A stretch of DNA of 64,000 nt from an uncultured Gemmatimonadales bacterium. Lineage in GTDB: Bacteria > Gemmatimonadota > Gemmatimonadetes > Gemmatimonadales > Gemmatimonadaceae. Position numbers and translations under genes: made by a program. The stretch spans positions 1,056,001-1,120,000 of the forward strand of contig CAWBZV010000005.1 in assembly GCA_963793305.1 (NCBI GenBank). Reading direction: 5' to 3'. Positions 9,717 to 21,705 of this stretch are shown here, one piece after another (position 1 is the first letter of the stretch; every line of letters begins with the position of its first letter). The notes below the pieces were generated by a model. It was not told where the DNA came from. It saw only the letters and a list, made by a program, of their open reading frames with translations, and did not search any database.

Positions 9717-10801
9717 TCGTCGGCCGGACCGCATTGCCGCGTTGACCGAACGTCATCGCAAATTCGCAGCTCGATGGTCTATTGCTGTCGAGCCCAGCCA
9801 ATATTCGGTACCTGACGGGCTTCTCAGGCTCGTCGGCCTTGGTCTTCATCACTGCGCGAAAAGAGGTGCTGTTCATAACCGATTTTCGCTATAAGACACA
9901 AGTCGCTGACGAAGTGGGCGATCTCGCGCGCGTGATGATCGAGTCGCAGAGCCTCTGGACGGGCCTGTGGCAGGCATTGCCGAATTTCGGCTATGTCGAA
10001 GTCGCGGGCTTCGAGTCGGCCCACGTCCTCCATCGCGATTTCCAACGTCTCCTCGACGCCGGCGCCCGCTGGCAATGGCGCCCGGTGATTGACCTGGTCG
10101 AGTCGTTGCGCGAGCGCAAGGATCCCGACGAAGTCGCGCTCATCGCCAATGCCGCATCGATTGCGACGCGCGCGCTCACGCGGACGTTGCCGGGAGTCCG
10201 TGTCGGCATGACGGAACTGGAAGTCGCTGGCGTGCTCGAACAGGCGCTCCGCGACGAGGGGTCGGAATCGTTCCCATTCCCCTCCATTGTCGCGTCAGGT
10301 GCGAGGTCGGCGTTGCCCCACGCGCGCTCGTCGGCCAAGGCGATCGAAAAGGGAGATCTTTTACTCATAGATTTTGGCGCCGAAACCGGCGGATATTGCG
10401 CCGATGTGACCAGAACGATGATCGTCGGCTCGGCGACCGACGAGCAGCACGAGCTGTACGAAATAGTCAGGTGCGCCAACGAGACGGCGACCGCGCAGGT
10501 GCGGGCGGGGCTCAAGGGAAAGGATGCCGACGCGCTGGCGCGCGACTACATTGAGCGGCGCGGTTACGGTGATGCGTTCGGCCACAGCCTGGGACACGGG
10601 CTGGGACTGGAGGTACACGAGGCGCCGCGTTTGGCGCGGACGGCGGACCAGGTGTTGGCCGTCGGCGCCGTGGTAACTATCGAGCCGGGGATTTACCGGC
10701 CGGGCTGGGGTGGTGTACGGATCGAAGACGACGTGCACCTCGGCCCGGATGGACCGGCCGTCCTGACGCACTTCACGCGCGAATTGCTCGAGGTGGCGTG
10801 A
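9709..10801 (+). CDS. Xaa-Pro aminopeptidase (M24), one apparent +1 frameshift near 9749
   Basis: NIRYLTGFSGS, DFRY, YCADVTRT, HSLGHGLGLEVHE, TIEPGIY, GGVRIEDD; removing one A in CGAACG joins the MRDRRPDR start in frame. Confidence 0.9.
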
Positions 10802-10808
10802 TCGTCCA

Positions 10809-11309
10809 ATGATCGATCTCCGCTATGTCAAAAAGCTGATCGAGCTGCTCGACGGATCGAGTGTCGATTCGATCGAAATATCGTCAGATAAGGGGATGAA
10901 GATCCGGCTGTCGAAGTCGCCTTCGCAGCGTGGTGCGGTCCAAGTCGCGGCCCCGGTCTCGGTGCCCGTCCTGGCCGCCCCCGCTCCGGCTCGACTGACG
11001 CCGGTGGAGGGGGTGGCCACGCAGCCCGCCGAGTCAGATGGGAAGCCGGAGCCGCCGAGACTCAAGTTATTGGAGATCAAGTCGCCGATGGTCGGAACGT
11101 TCTACGCGTCGCCGGAGCCGGGTGCGAAAGCGTATGTCACCGAAGGCCAGCGCATCGCGCGGGGCCAGATGGTCTGCATCATCGAAGCGATGAAGATCAT
11201 GAACGAGATCGAGTCGGAGTTCGCGGGCATGGTCAAGGAGGTCTTGGTCCAGGACGCGCACCCCGTGGAGTACGGACAAGTGCTTTTCCGGATCGATCCC
11301 AATGGCTAG
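10809..11309 (+). CDS. accB: Acetyl-CoA carboxylase biotin carboxyl carrier protein
   Basis: SPMVGTFY and EAMKIMNEI biotinylation motif. Confidence 0.96.
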   Translation: MIDLRYVKKLIELLDGSSVDSIEISSDKGMKIRLSKSPSQRGAVQVAAPVSVPVLAAPAPARLTPVEGVATQPAESDGKPEPPRLKLLEIKSPMVGTFYASPEPGAKAYVTEGQRIARGQMVCIIEAMKIMNEIESEFAGMVKEVLVQDAHPVEYGQVLFRIDPNG

Positions 11310-12474
11310 TCCTGCCGCCGCGACCACCGCGCCGGCGGCCGACGCCGCGCCGGCCGCATTCAACTTCAAGGCGATCCTGCAGGAGATGGTGAAGCAGAAC
11401 GCATCCGACTTGCACCTGAAAGTCGGCCGTCCGCCCACCCTCCGCGTGCAAGGCGAGCTGTCACCCTTGCAGCACGCGGCCATGCGTCCGGAGGACCTGA
11501 AGTCGCTGGCCGAGCAGGTGATGTCGCCGCGTCAGGTCAAGGAATTCGCCGAGAACAAGGAGGCCGACTTCGCGATCGGCGTCCCGGGGATCGGCCGGTT
11601 CCGCGTGAACGTGTATCAGCAGCGCGGCACCATTGCCTATGCGTTGCGGTCGATCCCGTATCAGACGAGCACGGTCGAAGAGCTCAATCTGCCCACGGTC
11701 GTCGAGCAGATCGCGATGCGTCCCCGCGGCCTGGTGTTGGTGACCGGGATCACGGGGTCGGGAAAGTCGACGGCGTTGGCCGCGATGATCCAGCACATCA
11801 ACGAGCAGCGGCACGCGAACATCATTACGATCGAAGACCCGATCGAGTTCCTGCATCGCGATATCAACTGCCACATCAATCAGCGCGAGGTGGGCACCGA
11901 TACGGGGAGCTTTTCGTCGGCGCTCCGTCGTGTGCTCCGCCAGGACCCCGACGTGATCCTGCTCGGCGAGATCCGCGACCTGGACACGCTGGATACCGCG
12001 CTCAAGGCCGCCGATACCGGCCACTTGGTGTTCTCGACGCTGCACACGACTGACGCGACGCAGACCATCAACCGTGTCCTGTCGTTCTACCCGCCGCACC
12101 AACAGGCAGAAGTGCGCTTCTCCCTGTCCTCGGCCCTGCAAGCGGTCGTCTCGCTGCGGCTCGTGCCGCGCCAGGACAAGGCGGGTCGGGTGCCGGCGTG
12201 CGAGGTGCTCATCAACACGGCTGCGGTACGTGATAATATTCGTGATATGACCAAGTCGCTGAACATCCCGGATCTGATCAAAGAGGGCACGATCCAATAC
12301 GGGATGCAGAGCTTCGACCAGTCGATCATGGGTTGGTACACGAAGGGCATCATCTCATACGAGACCGCGGTATTCTATGCGACGACGCCGAGCGAGTTCG
12401 CCCTTCGCGTGCAGGGTGTGGCTGGCTCGAGCGATACCTCATGGGATGCGTTCCAGTCAGACGCCAATAGCTGA
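11302..12474 (+). CDS. pilT: Type IV pilus retraction ATPase PilT/PilU family
   Basis: ASDLHL, RFRVN, Walker A GITGSGKST, TIEDPIE, LRQDPDVI..GEIRD, TGHLVFSTLHT, GMQSFDQ. Confidence 0.9.
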   Translation: MASPAAATTAPAADAAPAAFNFKAILQEMVKQNASDLHLKVGRPPTLRVQGELSPLQHAAMRPEDLKSLAEQVMSPRQVKEFAENKEADFAIGVPGIGRFRVNVYQQRGTIAYALRSIPYQTSTVEELNLPTVVEQIAMRPRGLVLVTGITGSGKSTALAAMIQHINEQRHANIITIEDPIEFLHRDINCHINQREVGTDTGSFSSALRRVLRQDPDVILLGEIRDLDTLDTALKAADTGHLVFSTLHTTDATQTINRVLSFYPPHQQAEVRFSLSSALQAVVSLRLVPRQDKAGRVPACEVLINTAAVRDNIRDMTKSLNIPDLIKEGTIQYGMQSFDQSIMGWYTKGIISYETAVFYATTPSEFALRVQGVAGSSDTSWDAFQSDANS

Positions 12475-13830
12475 GTGTTCAAGAAGATCCTGATCGCCAA
12501 CCGCGGCGAAATCGCGCTGCGGGTCATTCGCGCTTGCAAGGAGTTGGGTGTCCAGACGGTCGCCGTCTACTCGGAGGCCGACCGCGAGTCGCTCCATGTC
12601 CGTTTCGCCGATGACGATGTCTGCATCGGCCCCCCGCCGTCCCGGGACTCGTACCTCAAGATCCCGCGCCTGATCGCCGCCGCCGAAATCACGGGCGCGG
12701 ACGCGATCCATCCGGGCTACGGTTTCTTGGCGGAGAACGCCGAGTTCGCCGAGACGTGCGCGGCGTCCAACATCGCGTTCATCGGCCCCACGGCCGATCA
12801 GATCCGCGTGATGGGCGACAAGGCCGCTGCTCGTTCGGCCATGTCGGCTGCCAACGTCCCGATTATCCCGGGCACTCCGGGCCCTGTCGAAGACGTGGAT
12901 GAAGCCCTCACCTTCTCCAAGCAGATCGGCTTTCCGGTCATTATCAAAGCCGCCGCGGGTGGTGGTGGGAAGGGCATGCGCGTGGCGCGCGATGCCGACG
13001 AGTTCGCGCGCTCGTTCCAACTCGCCCGCTCGGAGGCCTTGTCCGCGTTCGGCTCAGGCGATGTCTACGTAGAAAAATATCTGGATCGTCCCCGTCATAT
13101 CGAATTCCAGATCCTGGGCGACACGCACGGTCACGTCATTCACCTGGGCGAGCGTGATTGCTCGGTCCAGCGCCGCCACCAAAAGCTGATCGAAGAGGCG
13201 CCGAGCCCGGCGGTCAGCCCCGAGTTGCGCCAACGCATGGGTGATGCGGCGGTGAAGGGTGCCAAGTCGATCGACTACGTCGGCGCGGGCACGATCGAGA
13301 TGCTGCTGGACGCCGACGGGTCGTACTTCTTCATGGAGATGAACACCCGCATTCAGGTCGAGCATCCGGTCACCGAGATGCTGACGGGCATAGATCTCGT
13401 GAAAGAGCAGATCCGCGTAGCCGCCGGACTGCCGCTGTCGATCTCGACGCTGCCACCCCTACGCGGCCACGTCATCGAATGTCGGGTGAACGCCGAGGAT
13501 CCGGCACGAGGTTTCCAACCGTCCCCGGGACGCATTATCGCGTTCCATCCGCCCGGGGGGCCCGGTGTGCGCCTCGACACGCATGTCTACGCGGGTTACA
13601 CGGTCCCACCGTACTACGATTCGCTCCTGGCGAAGCTCATCTGTGAGGGGCGCGACCGCGAAGAAGCCCGCCGGCGCATGAAAATCGCGCTGGAGAGTTT
13701 CATTATCGAGGGCGTGACCACCACGATCCCGTTTCTGGCGCGCGTCATGGACAACCCGCGCTTCCGTGCGGGCGAGGTCGACACCAAGTTCCTCGAGCGG
13801 GAGACGGACCTGTTCAAGGAGCCGGCGTAG
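12475..13830 (+). CDS. accC: Biotin carboxylase
   Basis: [61 protein letters not shown]. Confidence 0.97.
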   Translation: MFKKILIANRGEIALRVIRACKELGVQTVAVYSEADRESLHVRFADDDVCIGPPPSRDSYLKIPRLIAAAEITGADAIHPGYGFLAENAEFAETCAASNIAFIGPTADQIRVMGDKAAARSAMSAANVPIIPGTPGPVEDVDEALTFSKQIGFPVIIKAAAGGGGKGMRVARDADEFARSFQLARSEALSAFGSGDVYVEKYLDRPRHIEFQILGDTHGHVIHLGERDCSVQRRHQKLIEEAPSPAVSPELRQRMGDAAVKGAKSIDYVGAGTIEMLLDADGSYFFMEMNTRIQVEHPVTEMLTGIDLVKEQIRVAAGLPLSISTLPPLRGHVIECRVNAEDPARGFQPSPGRIIAFHPPGGPGVRLDTHVYAGYTVPPYYDSLLAKLICEGRDREEARRRMKIALESFIIEGVTTTIPFLARVMDNPRFRAGEVDTKFLERETDLFKEPA

Positions 13831-14577
13831 GTGCGCTTGGATGTGTTCTTCAAAGTAGGAGAAGTTGCGCCAGCCGATGTCAGCGGCCGCGTGGTCGCGG
13901 TGATCAACGTCCTGCGCGCCTCGACCACGATCGCTGTCGCCCTGGCGAACGGCGCTCGCACGGTCATTCCGTTCGAGAGCTCCGAAGATGTGATCATGCG
14001 CTCGAAATCGTTCACAAAGTCGGAAGTGAAGCTCGCGGGCGAGCGCAAAATGCACACGATCCCGGGCTTTGACCTGGGCAACTCCCCGAACGAATTCACG
14101 CGCGAGGCGGTGGAGGGCAAAACAGTACTCCTATCGACGACGAACGGCACGGCCGCGCTCATGTCGGTGAATGGCGCCCGAGACACGGTCGTAGCGGCTT
14201 TCGTGAACTTTTCCCCGGTTGTCGCGCTGTTGCGCAGTGCGCTCCGTGGTGGGACCGACGTCGCCATTCTGTGCGCGGGCCACGACCGCCATTTCTCGCT
14301 GGAAGATGCCGTCTGCGCGGGCAAGTTCGCGCGCGCGGTCACGAAGGACCTGCCTGGTGTGATCATCAACGACGGCGCCTACGCGGCCGGCATGCTCAAT
14401 GCACGGTTCGAAGACAACCGTGCGCGCGTGTTTGCAGATTCCGAGCACGGCCGTGCCCTGGGCGAAGCGGGGTTCGCGGACGATCTCATCGTTGCGGCCA
14501 CATTGGACGCGTACCCTGTGGTGCCGATCTATCAGGACCGCCAAATTACTAAGCTAGGTCCTGATCGGGAGCGGTAG
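13831..14577 (+). CDS. comB: 2-phosphosulfolactate phosphatase family
   Basis: VI(N)VLRASTT, GER....PGFDLGNSP, STTNGT, FSLEDAVCAG. Confidence 0.85.
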   Translation: MRLDVFFKVGEVAPADVSGRVVAVINVLRASTTIAVALANGARTVIPFESSEDVIMRSKSFTKSEVKLAGERKMHTIPGFDLGNSPNEFTREAVEGKTVLLSTTNGTAALMSVNGARDTVVAAFVNFSPVVALLRSALRGGTDVAILCAGHDRHFSLEDAVCAGKFARAVTKDLPGVIINDGAYAAGMLNARFEDNRARVFADSEHGRALGEAGFADDLIVAATLDAYPVVPIYQDRQITKLGPDRER

Positions 14578-14578
14578 C

Positions 14579-16856
14579 ATCGTTTCAGAGCATGTCCGGC
14601 GCGAGCTTTCCGGCATCGCGCTTCTGTTGTTCGCGATTTTTCTCGGCGGTGCCTTGCTCGCCGGGGGCGGCGGCGCGCCGTGGCTGGCCACGGACCCTCG
14701 CACCTGTCTCACCGTCCATGGGTGGTTCGGGCCCGCCGGCGCGTGCCTGCGCGCTGGCCTGCAGGCCTTCTTCGGCATTCCGGCCGCGCTGTGGCTCCCG
14801 CTGATTCCGGCGATCCACGCCTTGCGATTGTTTGGTCGAATGCAGGAGAGCACGGACCGCTCCTGGCTCGTCTTCCTCGCCGGGGGCGTGCTCTTGCTCC
14901 CGATCGCCCTTGGTCTCGCGGTCGCACCGGCCCCTCCCTCACACGATGATGTCGCGGGTCTCTGGGGCAACCTCGCCGCGTTTTACCTACGCAAGTCGCT
15001 GGGCCCGATCGGATCGTGGATTTTAGTCGCGCTCGCGGGCAGTGGATTGATCGCGGCGACGCTGTCCTACAATCCGATTCGCGCGCTGCTCACGCCTCGG
15101 CCGCCTCGTCCGAAAGTGCCGGTCGCCGAAGCGGACCCGCGCGAATTCCCGGGAGTAGAACCGTCACCGGTCCCCCAGGCTGAATCCAAAGCCCTCGAAG
15201 CCTCCGAAGTCGCCGGGGGAATCGCAGAACCGCCGCGGAAATCACGAGGTCGCGGTCGGCGCGGCGAAGCCGCCGCCGCTGCGCTCATTGACCCGACCGA
15301 GTCGACCGAGCCTCCGCCGCCGAGCCCAGCGACCGACGAGCTCCCGCCGGTCACACTCTTGACGCCGGCCCCGGAAAAGAACGTCGAAGTCGGCAAGCGC
15401 GAGCTCGACGCGATGGGCGACAAACTCCTCGCGGCCCTCCGCACATTTCGGGTCGAGGCCGACCTCGGCGAGCGCACGACCGGCCCGGTCGTCACGCAAT
15501 TCGAGGTGATCCCGGCCGCCGGAATCAAGGTCCGCCAGATCGCGAGCCTGGCGAACGATCTCGCGCTGGCGATGCGCGCCCCGAGTATTCGCATCGTCGC
15601 CCCAATCCCGGGCAAGGGCGCCGTCGGCGTCGAGGTCCCGAACCCCGTCGCCGACATCGTGATGCTGCGCGAGCTCCTCGAGTCGCCCGAGTTCCGCACC
15701 TCGCGCGCCGCCTTACCGTTGATACTCGGCAAGGACCTCGAGGGCCGTCCGGTCATCAACGATCTCGCGAAGATGCCCCACTTGCTGATCGCGGGCGCGA
15801 CCGGCTCCGGCAAATCCGTCTGTGTCAACACGCTGATCACGGCGTTGGTCTATCGTCACACACCGAAGACGCTGCGTTTCTTGATGGTCGACCCGAAGAT
15901 GGTCGAGCTCTCCGTGTACAACGGTCTGCCCCACAAGCGCCTCGACGTCGTCACCGACAATCGCGAAGCCGCCAAGGTCCTCAAGTGGGCGCAGTACGAG
16001 ATGGAACGCCGCTATCGTTTGCTCGCCGAGAACGGCTGCCGCAACGTCCAGGAGTTCAATCGCCGGGTCGATGAGGGCAAGCCAATGCAAAACCCAAAGC
16101 AGCCCGACGTAGCATTCGAAGAACGCACGTACACAGAGGGTCTACTCCCCTATATCGTCGTCGTGATCGACGAGCTCGCCGATCTCATGATGACGGTGCA
16201 AGCCGAGATCGAAACCCCGTTAGCGATGCTCGCGCAAAAGGCCCGAGCGATCGGCTTGCACCTGATCCTCGCCACGCAGCGCCCGAGCGTGAACGTGATC
16301 ACGGGTCTCATCAAGGCAAACTTCCCGAGCCGAATCGCCTTCCGCGTCGCCTCCCAGGTCGACAGCCGCACGATCATCGACGGCATCGGCGCCGAGTCCT
16401 TGCTAGGAAATGGCGACATGCTCTTCATCCCGCCAGGCAAGTCCGAGCCGCTCCGCCTTCAGGGCGCCTACATCTCCAGCGAGGAGACCGAGAAGCTGCT
16501 CGACTGGTACAAGTCACACGGTCCCACGCCCTCCGCCGAGGGCTCTGAGCAAGACATCTTCGAGACGGTCCGCCTGCGCGAGCAGGCCGAGCGCGAGAGC
16601 GCCGAGGGCGGCGGCGATCAAGCCGGCGCCGCCGAGCGCGACCCGCTCTTCCGCGAGGCCGCCCAGGTCTGCATCCAGAACCAACAGGGCTCGACGTCTT
16701 TATTGCAGCGCAAGCTCAAGGTCGGCTACGGCCGCGCCGCCCGCATCATCGACCAGCTCCACTTGGCCGGCGTCCTTGGGCCCCCGGACGCCTCGAAACC
16801 CCGCGATGTGCTCGCGGGCCTCGAGGATCTGGACCGCATTCTGCGGACCGAAGTGA
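14579..16856 (+). CDS. ftsK: DNA translocase FtsK (probable ATC start; apparent +1 frameshift near 16839 extends the track ORF to 17014)
   Basis: 4TM N-terminus, MPHLLIAGATGSGKS, DELADLMM, ATQRPS, gamma domain LLQRKLKVGYGRAAR; removing one T gives ...DLDRICGPK* ending at 16856. Confidence 0.9.
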
Positions 16857-16857
16857 A

Positions 16858-16972
16858 TTCGCACCGCGTTGCGAAAATTTGCGACACGATTGCGAGGTGG
16901 CGAACGCATCTCCGTTTTTCGCATTTTTCGCACGTTGCCGTGCGAATTTCGCGCGACAAAATGCGAATCGCA
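16858..16972. repeat. Cluster of TGCGA/TCGCA direct and inverted repeats upstream of the Rhs gene
   Basis: TTGCGA at 16869, 16879, 16890; tandem TTTTTCGCA x2 at 16915-16932; hairpin TTCGCACG-TTGC-CGTGCGAA at 16927-16946; TGCGA-A-TCGCA at 16962-16972. Confidence 0.75.
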
Positions 16973-17096
16973 GGAATGCCAATTTTGCTAAGGCCCGATG
17001 CGCGTGAGGGTTAGCGCGCAACGGTAACGGGCACTCCGGATGCTAAAGGAGAGGGCTGGAATGTAGTCCCGTTTCAGTCCTTAGCCCGGAGTCGCT

Positions 17097-20000
17097 ATGC
17101 CGCAGGTCCCTCGCCCGCCTGGCCGCTGGTTCAGGCGTCTTCTCATCCTCGCGGGAGTAAGCCTCGTCGCTTCTGTGGCGGCACCACGACTCGCTCGGGC
17201 GCAGACGTGCCAGAACGCGGTAACACGTATCAGCCCCTGCGGCGGCTCGTTGGTCGTTTCGCCCGGAGCCACCAATCAGAAGCAGACCTTCACCGTCTAC
17301 GATCTGACCGCCAAGGGCCAGAGCTTCCTAGTGAGCGCGGCATGCACCGGCTACGTGACGTCGTGCTCGGCGTCGCCGACGACCGCCAATATCAATCCGA
17401 ATAGCTCCACACCGATCACGGTCACGTACAGCGTGAGTAATACGGGAGGCACCGGTCAAATCTCGCTGACCGGTAATGGTGTCACCGGCTACCTGAACAT
17501 CAACTCCCAACACCGACCCGCGATCGTGACGCTGCCGTACTACAACAACGACAACGTGCAGCCGACGCTCTGCTTCGCGAGTTGCTTCGACAAAGTGCTG
17601 ACGTACACGACGCCGGCCTACGTCACGCTGGATACACCGCACAATGTGACCCTCATGTATCGCAGCAATACCGCGAATCCGATGGTCACCGTCCAAGTCG
17701 ACGCGCTGGATAGTTCGACCGTCAGACCGTCGAAGATGTCGCTCAAGATCCAGCGGCCAAACGGCACTTTCGTGATGTTCACGAACGGGACGAACGAGTT
17801 GTATTTCCCGTTCTCGACGTTCGATTATGCCGGAGCGCCTGGCCGGGCAGTTCGCACCGGTGGCGCCGGACACGCTGACCAACGCGTACAACTACACCGC
17901 GATCGTCACCAGTTACTGGACCGATTCAACGGTGCTGTCGGGCAGCACACCGCTCCGGGTTCTCCTCGAGAACGACCGGTCGAGTGTGTTCGGCGCCGGT
18001 TGGACCGTCGCCGGCCAACAGACGATCCACGTGCAGTCGAACGGTGACGTCATGATCACCGACGGCATGGGCGCCATCAGCTATTTCAAGTTGAATACGC
18101 CCGGGTGCGTGCAAAGCTGTACCTTCACCTCCCCGAGCGGCGACTACACCGCGTTGACGACCAAAGCGGTGGATCAATTTGGCCGCCATTACGACCGCCG
18201 GTATCCCGACGGAACGACCTACGAGTTTCTCGGTGGCGGTGCATTGGCGGGCCTCTACGACAAGAACGGCAACCAGACCGTCTACTGGTACGACAGCCAG
18301 GGACGCGATTCGTTGATCAGTGACCCGCTCGGCTCGTCGTTCTCGTACGGCATGCACTTCGCGTACGGCAGTGGCACGGACGGCTGGAAGGCGGGCGCCA
18401 TCCGGCAGATCTACGATCCGTACGGTCGGTACACGTGGTTTGGCGTGGACGCCAACAACGACCAACGCCAGATCGAAGATCCGATGGGCGGTCAGTATGG
18501 TGGCATCCTGCTCACGATCTATGCCTTTTACAACACGCAACACCAGCTGGTCGCGAACATCGATCGCCACCAGGCCGCATGGCACTTCGGCTACGATTTC
18601 GCGGGGAAGCTCCTGGCCGATACGACGCCTCCGGTACTGGCCGATGGGGTGACGCAGGGGGTGGTGACCAAGTATCAATCGTCGGAGTCGACGTTCCTGA
18701 TCAACCCCAGTACTGACTCTGGCTCCGCCACGCTGTCCGCCGGACTCCGAGGCGGCGGTCCATGGGGGGCTTCGACAACGACCCCCGAAGGCCATCAAAC
18801 GAATTTCACGGTCGATCGCTGGGGGCAGCCCCTGACCGTCAACGACGCGAGCGGCGGCACGACGACGTATGCCCGGACCGGACCGTTCGCGACCGTCACG
18901 ACGCATCCCTGGGGCGCGATCGATACCACCACCTACACGAACGGGTTGTTGACGTACGAGCACGACTATCAGCGGCCCGCCATTCACGCCAGCTACGGCA
19001 ACTCGTTCGGCGTGCCCGACAGCGTTTGGGGATCGCACGTGCCATCCCGCCGGGTCTTCGTCCACGCGAATGGCGCCGTCGACAGCATCCGCGTCGCCGG
19101 CGCCTACACGACACACTTCTATTACGACGCGAGATTGCGCGATACGATGATCGTGGATCCGATCGGGCACGCCACCCACTACGCCTATGACCCGACGTTC
19201 GGCAACGAGGACAGCAGCGCAGGGCCCGGCAACGTGGTGGTGAAGCGGGGATTCAATGGCTACGGGCGCAATGTGTCCGAGACGGCGACGGGACTCCCCA
19301 CGTCGAACACGGTGTACGACGCGCTGAATCGCATCACCGAGCAGTACACGACGGGTCTGACGGACACGACCCGCTTCCGGTACGATAGCGCGTACCTCGT
19401 GCGCGTCCAGGATCCGAAGGGACAGGTGTATAAGCAGGATGTGAACGCGCTGGGATGGGGGATACGCACCTACGATCCCGCGGACACGATCAACCGACAC
19501 ACCGATTACACGTTCGACAAGGACGGCCACCGGACGAGCTTCACGAATCGCCGCGGGCAGCTCGTCTCGATCAGCTACGAGGCGCTCGGGCGCGTGAGCG
19601 CGATCAGCGGCGCGGTCGCGGCCGTCGACTCGTTCTCGTACTCCAGTAACCGGCGCGTGCTCGCCGCCTGGAATGCGGTCTCACGCGATACGTTCTACCT
19701 GTCGCCACGACTCTGGACCGACTCGGTGGTCACGCACATAGCGGGACGTCGCTTCTCCAAGGTGGACACCGCGACGCTGGGCGATCAGATCGCGTCGGTC
19801 ACATGGCATTCGGACCTGGGATTGGGCAACGTTCCCGTACGGCCAACGAACTTCACTTGGGACTCGATCTCGGGTGGCCTGGTCAGTTTCGGCATCGAGT
19901 CCGGTATCGGGGTCGACATTTTCTACGACGGCGCGCATCGGCGAGACTCGACGTGGTTCGCGAACATGGGGCTCTCGCGCATCGAGCAGTATACGACGCG

Positions 20001-21705
20001 CAACACGGTGTACCATGTGGCGTATCCCAATTTCGATAATTCGTCGGATTCGACGGCGGATACGGAGTTCGGCCGGTACTACGACTACGACGCACCGGGC
20101 CACATCATCAACGCGATCCAGCATCGCGCCGGCCACCTGAACTATCGCGCCTACGGGTACGACGGCCTCTCCGAACTGCTGCAAGCGACGAATAACGCCA
20201 CCTCGGCGCCGGGAGGATTTCCGGCCGTCGACTCGAGCTTCGGCGTTGGGGTATCCGGTGGCGATTCGACTGTCTTCTGGTACCCGGGGTACGACATCGT
20301 CGGGAACGATACCCTCGATAGCGATGCCCCGAATGTCTACTTCCACAATTCGTTCGCCGTCGGCAACCGCGTCCAGACGCACAATCTGCTGAACTATACC
20401 GAAGATCTCGACGGCAACGTGACCCGCCGCTACGATGCCAATCGCGATATCCGGTTCAACTGGAGCGGCGACGGATACCTGACGAGCGACAGTGTCGCTG
20501 GCACCGGTGAGACATGGCAGTACGACTACAATGCGCTGGGCCAGCTGGTCCGCCGCAGGCACAATGGTAATCCGGACCGATATTTCCTGTGGGACGGCGC
20601 GCAGCTCACGGCGGAGATGGATTCGCTCGCGCAAAACGCCATCGCGGGCTACTACTACTACCCGGGTTCGAACGAACCCGTGGAGATCGAGCACCACACC
20701 GGGAACGACTGGGATCCGGCCGAGTACTTGATCGTCGACCGGACGGGGAGCGTGATCGGTGCCCTGCAGAATGCATCAGGACTAACGGAGGTGCTCACCT
20801 ACGATCCCTGGGGCGTGCTCAATCCCGCGCTGTCGAACCTGTATACGCAGGGACAGGACAATCGACTGCGCTGGAAAGGAATGATGTGGGAAGGGGATTC
20901 GACGCAGCTGTACTACGCCGGGAGCCGGTGGTATGACCCCGTGCTGCGCCGTTTCATGAGCGAAGACCCGCTCGGATTGTCCGGCGGCATCAACGAGTAC
21001 ACCTTCGGTGGGAACGATCCGATCAACGCCGCGGATCCGACCGGCACGTGCGCTTACTGGATGGGTGGGGTCTTGGACAACGCGCCCGTGTTCAGCACCG
21101 GTCATGACCTCAGAGGTGACAACTTGATCTGCAGCGGAAGTAGCCCCTCGGATCCTTGGGTGACCTACATCCAACAGGTGAACGTGACGGCGCCCGCGCC
21201 GATCGCGCCGTCCGACCCGTGGATGGGCGTATCCGCAACGTATACCAACAGCGGGTTCCAGGTGATGGCCGTGCCAGGCTTGGGCAACGTCCACAGTGTC
21301 GATCATGCGTGGAACTTCAACAAAGACTGCGCGATGGCGTTGGGAGCGTTCGCGGCCGTTGCCGCTTCGGACGCGCTGATCGCCGCCAAGGTTGCCAAGA
21401 TCTTCCCGCTGGCATGGGAAGCCGCCAAGTTTGGAACGGCGTCGACGTTAGCTAAGCCGCTCATTTCGGGAACCGCGGCGACCGCCAGACTCTCTCGCGT
21501 GCTCGGCGCGGCGTCGATGTCGTACGCGACGTTGCGTGACGTGCATCTGACGGCCGATGGCCTCGAGTACTTGAATGGCTTGCAAGTCAGCGGCGGGGGG
21601 TCGAACGTGAATGACTTGGGGGATGTGCTCATGCACATCACGCCGTTCTTGGATCTCAAACCGGCCATGGACGACGCCAACGCATCCTGCCAGGAAAATC
21701 AATGA
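17097..21705 (+). CDS. Secreted Rhs/YD-repeat polymorphic toxin (about 1535 aa; one apparent +1 frameshift near 17826)
   Basis: Signal peptide ending ARA|Q, Thr/Ser/Cys-rich beta domain, many YD repeats, Rhs core RWYDPVLRRFMSEDPLG...NDPINAADPTG, then a variable C-terminal domain. Confidence 0.9.

Noticed and set aside
13906..13908. ComB (and WecB1 at 61805) as catalytically dead pseudoenzymes
   Set aside because: Asp>Asn changes fall in the same recurrent sequence context across unrelated genes, so they are not credible individually.
16857..17014. About 50-aa C-terminal extension of FtsK
   Set aside because: Explained by one extra T near 16839; the corrected gene stops at 16856 and the extension has non-coding, repeat-rich character.
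17097..18047. Separate secreted protein upstream of Rhs, or programmed frameshift
   Set aside because: One extra T (GATTATG) joins the two ORFs; no slippery heptamer; many similar indels occur in housekeeping genes.
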